Shown: one piece after another, positions 51,258-64,000 of the stretch | Layout of the letters: each line of letters begins with the position of its first letter | Numbering within the stretch: position 1 is the first letter of the stretch | Assembly (NCBI GenBank): GCA_049999805.1 | Contig: JBNGIO010006279.1 | Span: forward strand, 280,485-344,484 | DNA: 64,000 nucleotides | DNA from: Folioceros fuciformis | Lineage: Eukaryota | Direction of reading: 5' to 3' | The notes under the pieces: generated by a model | What the model saw: only the letters and a program-made list of their open reading frames with translations | What the model was told of the DNA's origin: nothing | The model's database searches: none | Translations under genes and position numbers: made by a program

Positions 51258-54200
51258 ATGCATGACGGCTACGGCAGCAGTGTTTTGAGGGCGCCCATTC
51301 AGATGGCGTCCATGACTTCGTCATTTGATGCAGATAGTGCGTTTCTGTACTCAGACAGGAGCGCTCTCGGGCATGAGAAGCAGAAAGGGCAGTTTTATGG
51401 CTCTTCTGGAGACAGCCAAGGGCAAGTACGCATGATAGAAGCAGAGGCTTCGGGTGAAAACATGGGCCCGGAGGGCGGTGGGCATGCCAGGAAATTGAGT
51501 GATGTCCAGTTGGCGTCTCGCCGGGCCGAGGAGGCAGGTGCGTGTGTTTTTAGGTCTCGTTGGGGAGGTGGCATGTTGATCACCCTGAGAGTCTCCCAAG
51601 TGTGATGGTTTTCCGTTGGCTCATTGGGTTGAGCAGCAAGTAGAAGAGCACAGGCGGCGGCATGGCTCCAGAGAATGGTTGGAGCGTTAGACCTGTCCGC
51701 TGAACCCTCAGAGGAGGAGCTTAGATTGTGTCTGAGAAATGGCATGGTCCTGTGTAGCGTTCTCAACAAAGTACACCCTGGAGCAGCTGTGAAGGTAAGA
51801 ATCATGCTGATTGTAGGATCTAGGACTTCATAGAATTCTGGGTTCTACTCGTATGTTTTGGCCATTGGCGACAAATATCTGGATTCTGGGTCCCTGATGT
51901 TAGGTTGTGTTTGCCACGTCAATCATTGGCTTGTGGTATCGTCTGATGTCAGATTGTTGAGAACCCAACACCCTCGACTCCAGAAGAAGGTGCACACTCT
52001 GCGTACCAGTATTTTGAGAATGTCAGAAACTTCGTGGTGGCAGTTGAGGAAATGGGTCTCCCAACATTTGAAGCATCTGATCTGGAAGAGGTATGCTTGA
52101 AACTGAAATCTCCAAACTCCTTAGTGGAATATGTAGCTTGATTCAATGTGAGATCGCACCTGTTTACTTTCACACTGGTGTTCATAACGTGTTTTTTGTC
52201 GGTACTAATAAGCTCAGGCGTCCTAGCAGGTGAGCTATCTCCCGGGGTCATCAGCAAAGGTAGTAGACTCTGTGTTAGCACTTAAGGCATACCATGACTG
52301 GAGACTGAGTGGGGGAACAGGATTCTGGAAGTATAGCGGTCCTGTCAAGTCTCCGCGAATGTCTGGTGGAAGAGGCTTCTCTGGATTGACATCCAACGGT
52401 GTTGTCAAGTCACCTAGTTTGCTGAGTCAGACAAACATAGCCCGGCCAAACAACAGCCATCGCAAGAGATGGCCGGTTTTAGATTCCGATGGTCATGATG
52501 ATGGAGAACTTTCATCACCAGACTCTGCAGACCTGAACAACTATAAGGGTGGAAGAGGATTGGCTTTGCCCCAAGGAAATGGGTATCACCGACAAAATGG
52601 ATCAGCTGATGGAGCCCTTGAAACTGAACCTCTCAACGGTCCTGTGTCAGGTTTGAAGAATCAGACTTTGATAGTGGCATGTTATAGCCTCATAGTTGTG
52701 ATTCGTTAAAGTGTCTCTTGAATAATTTGAAGAGGCTGTCTCTTGACAATCGTCAAACTGGGTGCATCGATAATCTGGCCGTTTTTGTACTGTAGAATCT
52801 ACTGCCACTTGGATCCAACACATCGGCTTCAGGATTCGTGAAGTTTTGCAAGGGAAATCGAAGCGCATTGAAGGTTTTCCTATCTCAGATGACAAGGAGA
52901 ATTCTGGAGCAATCAACATCTTTGATGTATGGCGTTAGCTGTCGTCAGTATTGCCAAAGCCAATGATTGATTAAGTGTGTGCAAAAGTAGTGTGGTTTAT
53001 TCAGCTTCTGACTTTCTTCATGCAATCTTCCTACAGGACGCACCATCACAGTCTTTGCTGAGTCTTGTGAGTGCGATCATTGGGGACAAGCATCCAGAAG
53101 AAGTGCCTATGGTATGGTCACCTATTCCCTTGACATTTGCAGATCGGCTTGGCAATGAGTTTGTTTATATAGAGCACTGGTGGAATGTGATCTTTAATGG
53201 CTTGTCTGTCACATGCAGCTTGTTGAATTTATCCTACGAAAGGTTATGGAGGAGTTTGAAAGGCGACTGCAAACACAGGGGGAGCAAATTAAGAAAGTAC
53301 GTGATGAAAGCTGGATGTGATCAAGAGTTCCTCAATTATTCACTCACAAATGAGGTATTCTTCCAGATGACAAGTGCTCTGAAGGAGATCCTTACAAGGG
53401 AGGAAAAACTTACATCAAGGGCCAAGGTGCTTGAAGCCCTTGCCGCTGGTACTGGCGAGGAGGTTAAGGTAGTATCACATACCTGTTTTCTCTTTTAAGG
53501 AGTCAATCTGGTATGGAAAGCACGCCTGACGCAATGTGTCGGGTTTCTGATTGCTTTGTGTTCTGGCAGTTGGTCTCTAATCATCTTCAGCAAGTCAAGG
53601 TGGGTCCCACAACTAGTCATGCAAGTCTGCAAGAAGCTAGGATGGTTGAAGCTTGTGCTTGTGTTGTGTTGTGTTTGGACTGTTGCATTCAGAACAAGGA
53701 ACCGTTGGCCACTCAAGTAGTGAAGAATGTAAACTTTCCCAGAATCAGCTCTGTTATTGCTGATTGTTTGAAAGAGGTTGGTCTACCAGATCAAGGGATG
53801 CAGAAGGACTCGCAGGGTGAATCTTGCATCTCTCATGATGACATGCTTTCCTGTTCTTGGGCAAGTTATGGAAGCCCCCTTTCCCCTGCAAACGTAGATG
53901 AATCTGTAGAGTCGAATGCACTTAGTCTAGATCTATGCTGCCAAGCGAAAACTCCATTCTTTGGGTGGCCACCCTCTCGGCATCTGGATGAACAGTCCTT
54001 AGCCAAGAGCTCACCCTGGTTAAAGAGCTTGAGTCAAGAATTCCTCGATCTCCAAAAATATTTGCCTTTATGTCCCAACAAGAGATCAAGAACGGTGAAT
54101 AATCATCACATTTGTGCAGAAAGTGATAAACATGCTTGCAACTGTAATTGCCTTACTGCCTGCCTCTCTGCAGAAGTAAAGTCACGTCTTCATTGCTATG

Positions 54201-57200
54201 AAGTTACTGACATTGCTGTGGATGCCTTCTTCATTCTTACATGAAGATGGAGAAGAAGCATATTGAGGAAGAAAAAAGGGCAAAAGAGGAGGACATTGAA
54301 AGACTTATGAAAGAGCGAGAGGAGAAGCAGATGCATGTTGATGTCCTGAGAAACGAACTGGAGGTGATTAAACGCGCAGATCAAGAACAACAGCTTCAAC
54401 TGCAACTTCATAAGAGGGAGTTGGAAATGGAGTCAAGAGTCAGGATAAGGAATGTGGAAAACCAGCTACTTGAATCACAGATGAAAGCTAAGGCAATGGA
54501 AGCCAACTATGTTAATGAGATCAGAGGTTTGCGGAAAAAGCATAGAGACTTTGAAGGGGCTATGTGGCTTCAGGGTGAGACTGTCCAGGTATGTTGTGCC
54601 TTGTGGCGAGGAGCATATTGCTCGAGACGGTAATTATGATGGTAGTGTAGATCATCTGAAACAAGACCAGTTCCAATCCAACTGGCACGGGCAGTCTCAG
54701 TGTTCAGAGTTTGCCCGCTCTTGTTGATGTTGCAGGAATTGAAGGCAGCCTCTGAAAGAACACGATCAGAAGTCGTTAACATGCAGCATTCTTGGAATTT
54801 GGAGATTGAATCTCTAGGTTGGCACTTGCTTTTGGCCCCTTGTCACAGTAGTCCNNNNNNNNNNNNNNNNNNNNNNNNNNNNNNNNNNNNNNNNNNNNNN
54901 NNNNNNNNNNNNNNNNNNNNNNNNNNNNNNNNNNNNNNNNNNNNNNNNNNNNNNCAGTAGTCCTGCTTGACTCTGTACTTGGTTGGTCTTGAAGTTTTTC
55001 TGCCAACACTTTTCTTCTGCAATTCCTTGCTCTGTAGGGACGGAAATGCTGAAGATGGCTGAAGCTGCCTCAGGCTATCACAAGGTTCTTGAAGAAAATC
55101 GCCAACTGTATAATGAAGTACAAGATCTGAAGGGTAATTGTAATGTCATTTGCGGATAATGCAAGGGCGTAGGTCTTCAATGGGTTCTTGCTGTGGTTGT
55201 TCAAGCTTACGATACCACAAGCTTGGCCCCAATTTTCCTGCAGGAAATATCAGGGTCTACTGCCGTGTAAGACCTTTCCTTCCCAGCCAATCTGCCCGAC
55301 AAAGCACGGTTGACTTTGTAGGCGAGAACGGTGATCTAGTGATTGTGAATCCCAGCAAGCAGGGCAAGGATGCCCGAAAAGTATTCAGCTTTAACAAGGT
55401 CTTTGACACCTCAGCTTCTCAAGGCGAGTACCACTTGTGCAGCCAATATGTCATTCATTAGCCCCATGTCTAATTCAGGAATTCGAGAGATGAGTCACTC
55501 AGATGTCTCATTACCAGTATGTCTGCCTTGAACAGAGCAAGTATTCCTGGACACTCAACCTTTGATCCGGTCTGTTCTTGATGGCTTCAATGTTTGCATT
55601 TTTGCTTACGGGCAGACTGGCTCTGGGAAAACCCACACCATGGTGAGTAAAGTTCTCCTTATATTATCCAAGTCTTCTGCTTGACCCTGTGAAATGTAGT
55701 AGTTGTTTCCTCAAACGCTTTCATCTGTGTGAACCTGTGTAGAGTGGCCCAACTGGTGGCTCCGAGGAAGACTGGGGGGTCAACTATCGAGCTTTGAATG
55801 ATCTTTTCAACATATCTCAATCACGGACGAATTGCATACAGTATGAGGTGGGAGTGCAAATGATAGAGATCTATAATGAACAAGTTCGTGACCTCCTAGT
55901 CTCGGATGGGTCATCGAAGAGATATCCTTCCTGACTTGTGATAGCTGTGATTTCGTTATGTATACATGCTTGTGTAGTGAACCCAATCCACCTGATCTCC
56001 CACCTTAACAGTTATACGCTTGAGATACGAAATAACTCCCAGCAGAATGGCCTAAATGTCCCAGATGCCAGTATGATGTCAGTGACCTCCACTGGTGATG
56101 TACTAGACCTAATGAAGATTGGCCAGAAGAACAGGGCTGTTGGAGCAACTGCCCTGAATGAACGGAGCAGCCGCTCTCACAGGTGTGTTTCCTGTGGTTT
56201 CCTTCTGATGTGCTTAACCGATTTGTTTAAAACGGGTTCTAACCCTTGAGGAGAATCCAGTGTGTTGACTGTCCATGTCCAGGGCACAGATCTGAAGTCA
56301 GGTGCCATTCTGCGTGGTTGCTTACACCTCGTTGACCTTGCGGGAAGTGAGCGCGTTGACAAGTCTGAGGCCACTGGAGAGAGATTGAAGGAGGCTCAGC
56401 ATATCAACAAGTCTCTGTCAGCTTTAGGAGACGTGATTTCTGCCTTAGCACAAAAGAATGCGCATGTCCCCTACCGCAATAGCAAGCTTACTCAGCTGTT
56501 GCAAGACTCTCTAGGTTCTCATATTTGCTCTTACTTGCCTGTCACTTGGCTTTGAAAAGGCTATGAGGAAACCAATGCAGCACTAACGTATTTGGGTGGT
56601 TTCAGGAGGTCAAGCGAAGACACTGATGTTTGTACATATAAGCCCCGATTTTGATTCTTATGGGGAGACTATCAGTACTCTGAAGTTCGCAGAGAGAGTA
56701 GCAACAGTAGAGCTCGGTGCTGCACGCTCACATAAGGAGAGTGGTGATCTTCGGGACCTTAGAGATCAGGTATGCCAAACCTGTTGGAGTAGCTTCATGA
56801 GTGCATGTAACACCTCCAGGCAATCCTCGTCCGTTTGTCTTCCTAACAGGGAGAACCCTACAGATCTCATCTCTGAAGGACCTGCTGACGAAGAAAGATG
56901 TCGAGATAGACCGATTAACAAAGGAGATTAAGGCACACGAGGCAGAACGGTTAATGAGGGAGGCCAAGGCACATGGTGCCGAAAGTGGTGGTGCCAATTT
57001 GCAGCAACCAGTTCTGAAACCAAAGATTGCAAGTTCGCCATTTACTTCTCGCAGGGTTAGTACAAGTGGTGAAATTCCTAGAATGAGAAAGCCGAGCAGC
57101 GAGTCTTCAATCGTCTCCGAGGTACGAAATACTTCTATTCGCTGGAAAAAAACCAAACATGCATTTCTAATCAGTGCCCTTAGCAATAGTTAAACGAAGT

Positions 57201-58607
57201 GTAGAGTTGGCTATAGCTATGCGCTTTTTGGTATGTGGTTTGAACCAAGCAAGTGCTGGCATTGTGCATTGCAGGGCCAGCAATCAGTTCGTATTTCACA
57301 TGAACGTTTGCCAAAGCAACGTCCATCTTTGGTGATAGCGGTTAGTCAGGATGGCTCATCAGAAGATCACGAGGCTGAATCCCCATTGGATTCTCCTCCA
57401 GGTCAGAGAATATCATCAGAGGACGGACAGAGTAAACCTTATCATGCTCAACGTCAAGGTACTTCCAACAGGAGTACTTCTCCAGACTCGGATCCTCCAC
57501 CAGCAACTCTGGTAGAGACCAACCACTACAGGACAAGGCCTTCAAGGAATTTGGTTGTGAAGCAGGAATCCAATCCTAAAGACTGGCAGGATAGGATTGA
57601 CAGCAGCACCAACACGTCGGTCCTCGGTACAGCATGTCATGATGAAAGTTCTAATGGTTGGAGCGGCGGGGAGTTACCAAAGCTTGATGGAGATGTGGCA
57701 GGGCTTCCTTCAGCACATTTTGGCGGCAGTCAGCTCCTGGCAGAGAGCTCAGGATCTGGTGTGCAAGAAGAAGCAGAGACCTCTGGCAGGAACCAAAGGC
57801 CTGTGGCACCTGATGACAGGGGTCCTGAACTCCCTGGTAGTCAAGAAACTGAGGTGAACAGGGACCCTTATGCTTCAGTTGATTCACTGTTGAATGATCC
57901 ATTTAGGAATGAGATGCTAGACAGGCGGGAAGCAGAAGGGGACTATAGAAGTGATCTCTCTGAGGGGGAACTGTCACAGGGTACAGACTCCTCATCAGTT
58001 AACTTAACTGATCAGGTCGTGCCTGCCAGACGGGATGAGTCCAACATGAAAAAGCTTCAGCAGGGCGGGGAAAGGCGGTAAGACTTATGACTCAGGCCTG
58101 TAACCCAGAGCTTAGCTGCATGGACTGCGAGAGCTCAGCCGAAGAGGCATTTCTGGTGTCTGAAAGCGTTTCTGGCTATCTCTCTGTGATTCGTGCACAT
58201 GAACAGCGTCAGCTTAGAGTGTGCCATGTAGTGTTCACGAGTTGCTCTTGCCCTGCGCAGACCCCATCTTCAGAGCCAGATCCCCCGACCACCCACGAAA
58301 GACCGTAAGCAGTCTGTAAGCGACCAGCCGCATGTTCGCGCAAGGAGATACTCTATGGCAGGAACAGACCCAAAGCGTTTGCCTTCCGGACTCAACAGAC
58401 TTGGGGCAGATGCTGGTAGGTCCTTCGCACTCGCGGCTTCACCCACCCTTCCGTTGCTGCACTGCATATTCCTACTGCCTGTCTGTTCTGACACTCCCTT
58501 GCCGTTGCGTTGCTGTCATGCCAGGTCCAGCGGATGAAACCAAGCCCGCCCCATCTCGCCACCCTCCTTCATCCACCCAGCACAAATCCTCCAAAAGATG
58601 GCTGTAA
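51258..58607 (+). CDS. KCH: Kinesin-14 with N-terminal calponin-homology domain (KCH), many exons
   Basis: CH domain ([30 protein letters not shown]), coiled coil, and motor motifs [57 protein letters not shown]; ends SSKRWL*. Confidence 0.93.
55922..56017 (+). other. U12-type AT-AC intron in the kinesin motor domain
   Basis: Donor ATATCCTT, branch CCTTAAC at 56003-56009, AC acceptor; splicing restores SSKR/LEIRN in frame. Confidence 0.9.
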
Positions 58608-60090
58608 CCTGCCCATTGTACATACCAGATGTAGTAGCTAGCAATCGAATTCAAGGTATCTCGGATTAGACCCATGTCCAGCAACCAGATGGTAGCGTGT
58701 CTGGAGTTCCGAGTCCAACACCAGTTCTGAATGCTGTACGAGATGCTAGTTTGCAATGTCGCAGACCCTGCGAACGGGAATATTCCAGTGAACGTCTGTA
58801 GGTCCTCCCCCAACTTGACACACCTCGATGTTGTGCTGAAGCACTCCCCTTGCTGGAAAGCAAGTACACTTCTGTGTTGCGTGAGTGTGGCGCTGAGCAT
58901 GGCGCATTGCATTCCAGAAACCGTTATGTTAACCGTTGCTTCTAACTGTAATGAAAGGCGACGTCAGAGGCAAGTACGTGGAAGGATCCTGGACCGACAA
59001 GTTTCCGACATGGTTGCAGGGTAGCAGCACCCGCCAACACATTCGCCGCATACGACCCAGGGAGGCAGGCAAGACTGCCTTTTTCCTCCACGACGCACTT
59101 TTTGTTCCGCTTCGCTCCTCGACCTGTCAGCTTCAGTGCCCCTAGACCTGTCGTCTGCTTGCTGCACGTACCTGCTGCTGCTCATATGTGGCTCACTGGA
59201 ACCTGCAGTCCCAGCTTCTGCGCTCTTGCGTAGCCCGATTGGTGGGACATAGCTGCGCAGAACCCGAAATGCCTGATTGTAAATGCACTTTAGCTGCAGT
59301 GCATGGTACGGGATCCCAGGACAGGAAGGGAGCTCCCTTCCGTGAAATGTAACATTTTCTAGCACAAAGAAATGTGGAATTATCTGGTCGTGCTCCTGTT
59401 GTGTGGCGGCAACGCTGGGCCTGGGCTCCACAAGCAGGCTGAGCTTTCTGTGGAATAAGTATCTATGAATCCAGACACTCCGCGTCGCAGCAACAGCTCT
59501 ACATCCGGTTGCGCCTCACCCGGAGATCTGCGAGTCTGCATGCATGTGGTGTCGGTCGGGGAGAGGCGATGTCCTGTGAGTAGGGTCGCGCTCCTGCAAG
59601 GCTAGGCTTGGGGAGGGGAGACAATCTGTTGGCAGGCAGGCATGGACCTATGCCGTGGCAGTGCTTGAGTCTGCCTTCCATTCCATCATTATTGTCAGTG
59701 TCTGGCACTGTTGACTGTGTGCCCGAACAAGCTTTGTGACAGAAAAACGGAGCACCAACAAGTTACCTCGCATCACCATGCTCAGCGGGCTGCACACTGC
59801 CATGGTCTTCATCCTGCTCTTGCAGCTTCTCTCGCTCTCAGAAGAGTGAAGAAGAAAGGGGTCCACAGTCTGTGGCAGGAGTATCAGCAAATCTCACAGC
59901 CTGGAGATTACTCCCATGTCGAGCTGATAAGACTGGGCCTAAATTTATTGAAGTTCTCCTCTGCGACGGTGGGACTTATTGTGATGTACTCAGTAACCCA
60001 GTCTAGGCGCTGGGTTCTCAGATTCTCCTGATCGTGTTTGTGGGTTCCAGGTTGCTGTGAGTGGGTGCAGATCGGTTACAGTCCACAACA

Positions 60091-62791
60091 ATGCAGGTGG
60101 TGCGGCGGGCTGTAGAGATGTCCTCGGAGGCTGCAGAGGTGCTAAAAGGCTTGCAGAAGGGGAGCAAGCAGATTCCCTTCACTTGCCTGTACGACCAGAA
60201 AGGATCTATCCTGTATGAGGAGATCACCGAGCTGGAAGAGTATTACCCGTTTCTTGCAGAGGAGGCCTTGCTGGAATCTTACGCTGATCAAATTGTTGAA
60301 CACGTGCCTCCGGGCAGTGTGGTGACGGAGCTGGGTTGTGGGACTGGAAGGAAGACTGCAATGTTGCTGAGAGCGCTGCTATCCCGACATGGAAGGTAGG
60401 CAGGAGGATGTTATGTTACTTGCATGGAAATCTTTGTTAACGAAGGCTGCTCTCTTCTGGGAGTGGCTGCTAACTGTGGGCGGTGTCTTGCAGGTGCACG
60501 TTTGCTGGGGTCGATGTGTCGCGGCCCTTTCTGGAATCGGCAACCAGGAACCTGTTGGCTTGTGTGCCCAGGCTGAAGCAGGGGGATCTGCACATGATGC
60601 AAGCCGATTATCTCGAGGGGTTGCAGCAAGTGAGGAAGAAGTTTCCCCATGAACTACTCACTGTGGTGTGGTTGGGAAGTAGTGTTGGGAATTTGAGCAA
60701 CGAGGGCGCTATTTCGTTCTTCAAAGACGTCACAACATGCGTTGGTCCTCATCACCAATTCTTTCTCTGCGCTGGTGAGTGAACTGTGCTGTTTTCCGGA
60801 ACGCGGCATCATCTGAAATCCACGCAACGGGTCCATCCAAATACTTCATCAACGTGACTCTCTTTTGCCAATCTAGACATGTGGAAAGACGAGTACACTC
60901 TTCATGCTGCGTATCACGATTCCAAGGGTGTTACGGAGAGATTCATCAAGAACGGTATGGCAAATGCCTTGAAGATGATAGGGGCTGATGTGACGGAGGA
61001 GGACGAGGAAAGCTGGGTGTACGAAGTGGAGGTGAACAGACGTCTGCGTCGGGTGGAGATGTATCTGCGTTTCCCGCGTGGAGTGCAGCTTCCGCAGGAC
61101 ATTTCCGTCAGCGGCATCATGTGCAAACGCCAACCCTTTCATGTCCCACATTCTTATCGCAGATTCAACGGTTTTGGACTTGTTTCTCATCTCACCTCCC
61201 TCTTCAAACATTTGTTGCTGCAGGTCAGGAGAAAGAGTGTTGGTGGAAGTCTCGAGGAAGTTCACCATCGCTGATCTGCAGCATCTGGCCACCCAAGCTG
61301 GGTACATCATAAGCGCCTCTTGGCACTCACCCGTGTACGGCAGCCAGATGCTGGTGCCCGCTCAGGAAGCATTTCGCCAGTGCTGGGATGACACTGACCA
61401 CATCTTCCGGGGACTAGACGACTGGCGTGTGAAGCCCATCGATCTCCGCCATCCCTTTTGCTTCTACTAGTGAGTCACACAATGCTTCTGTTCTTCCATC
61501 CACCATGAGTAGTATCAGTTTCGTTGCTGCATTGCGAAGTATCCTGGTTGTGATCCAACACATGCCTTCGTCGTGATGAGCTTACCTGGTCCTCGGGTAT
61601 TGCCCGTGGCCATGTTCCTGCAGTGGACATGTCCATGCCTTTGCCAAGCTCAAGCTCCTGCCCGACGAGGATGCTTCCCAACTGGATATGATGTTCTCCA
61701 GGGGGATCGACCCCAACGTAGGAGACCCCTCCAAGTGCCACTCCCATCCTGACATCCCTCCCGAATGGCCTGCAACAGAGGATATCAAGCAGTACGGGAA
61801 GCAGGTGAGAGAACAGATCCTGCAAGCACTGGCAGGCGGGATGATCAACATGCGGATGGTGAATTTCGGGCTCGAACATGAGCGGATGCACCAAGAAACT
61901 CTGCAGTACATGGTAGCGCAAGAGAGGAAACTTTCCTTCGAGAAGCACTTCGAGAGCAGGAAGCTTGAGCTCGCAAACGGCAGCGCCCACCACTCCAACG
62001 GCCATGCCAAGAAGCAGGCTACAGTGTACATTCCTCCAGGAGTAGTCCACATGGGGAACGACACCAGCGGTGGGCAATTCTGTTGGGACAACGAGTACCC
62101 GCCACACGAGAGCAGGGTGGATCATCCCTTTGTGGTGAGCAGCAGGCCAGTATCCATCTCCGACTTCCGCACCTTCGTGCTCCTGAACGGCTACCAGCAG
62201 ATGCGTTTCTGGAGGGAGGAGGAGTGCAGCTGCTTCCATGGAAAGGGTGTGAAGTGCCCCGCAACATGGTCGCTGCTGGACGGCGACTTCTGGGTCCACT
62301 CTCCGTCTTCGTCGCAGCATTGGAGTGAGGTTGCCAGTGAGCCGGTGTTTGTGAGCCTGGCGGAAGCCATGGCCTACTGCGCCTGGGCCGGGGCCAGGAT
62401 CATGACTCAGGCCGAGTATCACCGCATCCTGGACGTGGTGGACGCGGACTTTGAGCGACAGGAGAGGAAGCGTATGGTGCAGAGGGGTAACGTATATCGC
62501 AGTGATTATGGTAATAACAGCGGGGTGAACGGAGCTGGGGGGGCAAGGATAGAGCAGATTCGTACAGGTGGGTGGGAGTGGACAAGTTCCGTCTTTGAAC
62601 CATTCCCTGGATTCCAGCCGATGGTAGAGTACCCTGAATATTCTGCCGATTTCTTTGATGGTGAGCACTACGTTCTCAAAGGATCTTCCCCAGTGACCCA
62701 TCCTTCCATGTCTAGGGATTCTTTCAACAATTTCTATCAGCGGCTTTATCCTTACGTATTTGCCAAGTTCAGGTGTTGTTTTGATTTGTAG
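60091..62791 (+). CDS. egt1: Ergothioneine biosynthesis protein 1-like fusion (EgtD histidine N-methyltransferase + DinB/FGE-sulfatase EgtB sulfoxide synthase), spliced
   Basis: EgtD motifs: LYDQKGSILYEEITELEEYYP, ELGCGTGRKT, WLGSSVGN, AAYHDSKGVTERF, EVSRKF. EgtB motifs: KPIDLRHPFCFYYGH, RGIDPNVGDPSKCHSH, EHERMHQETLQYM, WDNE, WEWTSS, YPEYSADFFDGEHYVLKGSS. Four introns. Confidence 0.92.
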
Positions 62792-63069
62792 GTGCATCAG
62801 TTTTTGCTACTTCCTCGTCGCATCTCTTTGTTGCACAACTTGTGCAGCTGTGCAGACTATCTACGTGTTTGTAAGAAGCAAATTGAAGTGCATTGCACTT
62901 GTTAATCAAATGGTGTAGTATCCCGAAGGATTCACCGTCAGTTTGTAGCAACCATCACGTCTGTTGCAGTGCATATTCAAAGTCAGAACCGATCCTCCAC
63001 ACGACTGTTCACTTGACCAGTTTCAAATCTGTCAACAACTGGTGGATGCGTGGAGGTAAAGAATCCTTG

Positions 63070-64000
63070 TCAACAATCCGCCTTCCTGAGAACTCTCTCC
63101 AGGAAAGTACCGACCACGTCTGAAGCTTGCTTCTCTAACGTTTCTTGAGTGATCTCTCTTTGCTTCAACACCTGCTTGCCAACTTTGAACGAGTGATCCC
63201 CGCCTTCTACGATGAAGACCTCGTTCAGACCCGTCATGGAGGCTCGGACATGGTCAAGCTTGTCCACAGGACACATGGGGTCCTTGCTTCCCTGGATGAA
63301 CAGGATCGGAAGTGAAAGATCCAGTAATGTCGAGTCCCGGAGAACTCCATTCGCACCCTGCCAACTCCCGGACCTATCAGCGTCTTGCAGAACTTTCGTG
63401 CTGCTCGCATTCAAGGAGCACAGAACTGTACGCAAGCAAAGGCGGAACAACCTTCAGAGGATAACCCAGACACACTACAGCCGCGACACCAGCCTGTTCA
63501 TTAGCCGCAACCATGCAACTCACCCTGTCGTCAAACCAATTCTGCAGCTGAGAATTGTGATTCAAGGAGGATGCGAGGTGCAGAGAAGACCAATATGAAA
63601 TACGAGCACAAAACCTGGAGCCCATGGACTTTCCAACCAGCACCACGGGATGTCCAGGATGCCTAGAAGCAGCCTTCTTTACTTGAGCAAGGTGGAAATC
63701 CACCAGCTTTTCAGCTTTAGGCGGAGCCCCACGCTTACCTCCAGCCAGATCTGCCACAGATGCACGTTGTCAGACACCTCATCCCCCAGCCCTGCCCTCA
63801 CGCATCACTTCCCGTGTGCACATTGAGGTTACATGGGTAATCGAAGGTAACAACCTCCACCGCGTTGGTAGCAGCGTTCAACAGCTCCGACCACCTGCTT
63901 GTAATCAAACATCAGGCACCCGCAGAGAAATATCCCATCGCCCCAGCAAGTCCTGACACTCACCTGATCATCCAGGGCGAGGACGAGGAAGCCCCAGCCC
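63070..64000 (-). CDS. KANSL3/Tex30-like alpha/beta hydrolase (5' partial, runs off the window)
   Basis: AGASSSSPWMIR, VVTFDYP, VVLVGKSMGSR/VSCMVA, CLGYPLK, LFIQGSKDPMC and GGDHSF. Confidence 0.85.

Noticed and set aside
50551-51324. ORFs spanning N runs
   Set aside because: Artefacts of the 400-N assembly gap.
53513-54244. 243 aa ORF within the kinesin gene
   Set aside because: Mostly lies in a ~650 nt intron (donor near 53600, acceptor near 54246) and lacks kinesin-like content.
61468-61470. Apparent in-frame TAG splitting Egt1 (pseudogene or readthrough)
   Set aside because: The G is the first base of a GTGAGT donor; splicing yields TAT (Tyr).
61475-62797. 440 aa minus-strand ORF
   Set aside because: Antisense shadow of the EgtB exon.

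Overview
Eukaryotic nuclear DNA from a gene-dense land plant with short introns (mostly 80-150 nt). It carries a Toc159-family gene, plastid RF2, phytol kinase, a plant tRNA-Trp and TTTAGGG motifs. The compactness and gene content suggest a non-seed plant such as a hornwort or lycophyte (inference only). About 15 spliced protein genes are present: MYND/MSS51-like, TORNADO1-like LRR-ROC-COR, an orphan repeat protein, a condensation-fold acyltransferase-like protein, type II peroxiredoxin, Toc159-family, transglutaminase-like, LETM1, VTE5, PrfB, ABCD4-like, ABHD17, KCH kinesin-14, Egt1-like and a partial alpha/beta hydrolase. There are also pogo and gypsy remnants and several tandem-repeat arrays. 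Highlights: (1) an ABCD4 (CblJ)-type transporter with an MMADHC (CblD)-like domain inserted in frame between its membrane domain and NBD, a candidate fused vitamin B12 export/chaperone protein in a land plant; (2) an intron-containing EgtD-EgtB fusion (fungal Egt1 architecture), suggesting plant-encoded ergothioneine synthesis; (3) a ROCO gene whose Walker A lysine is removed by a GC-AG intron; (4) an AT-AC U12 intron. All identifications are by eye from remembered motifs; no searches were run.
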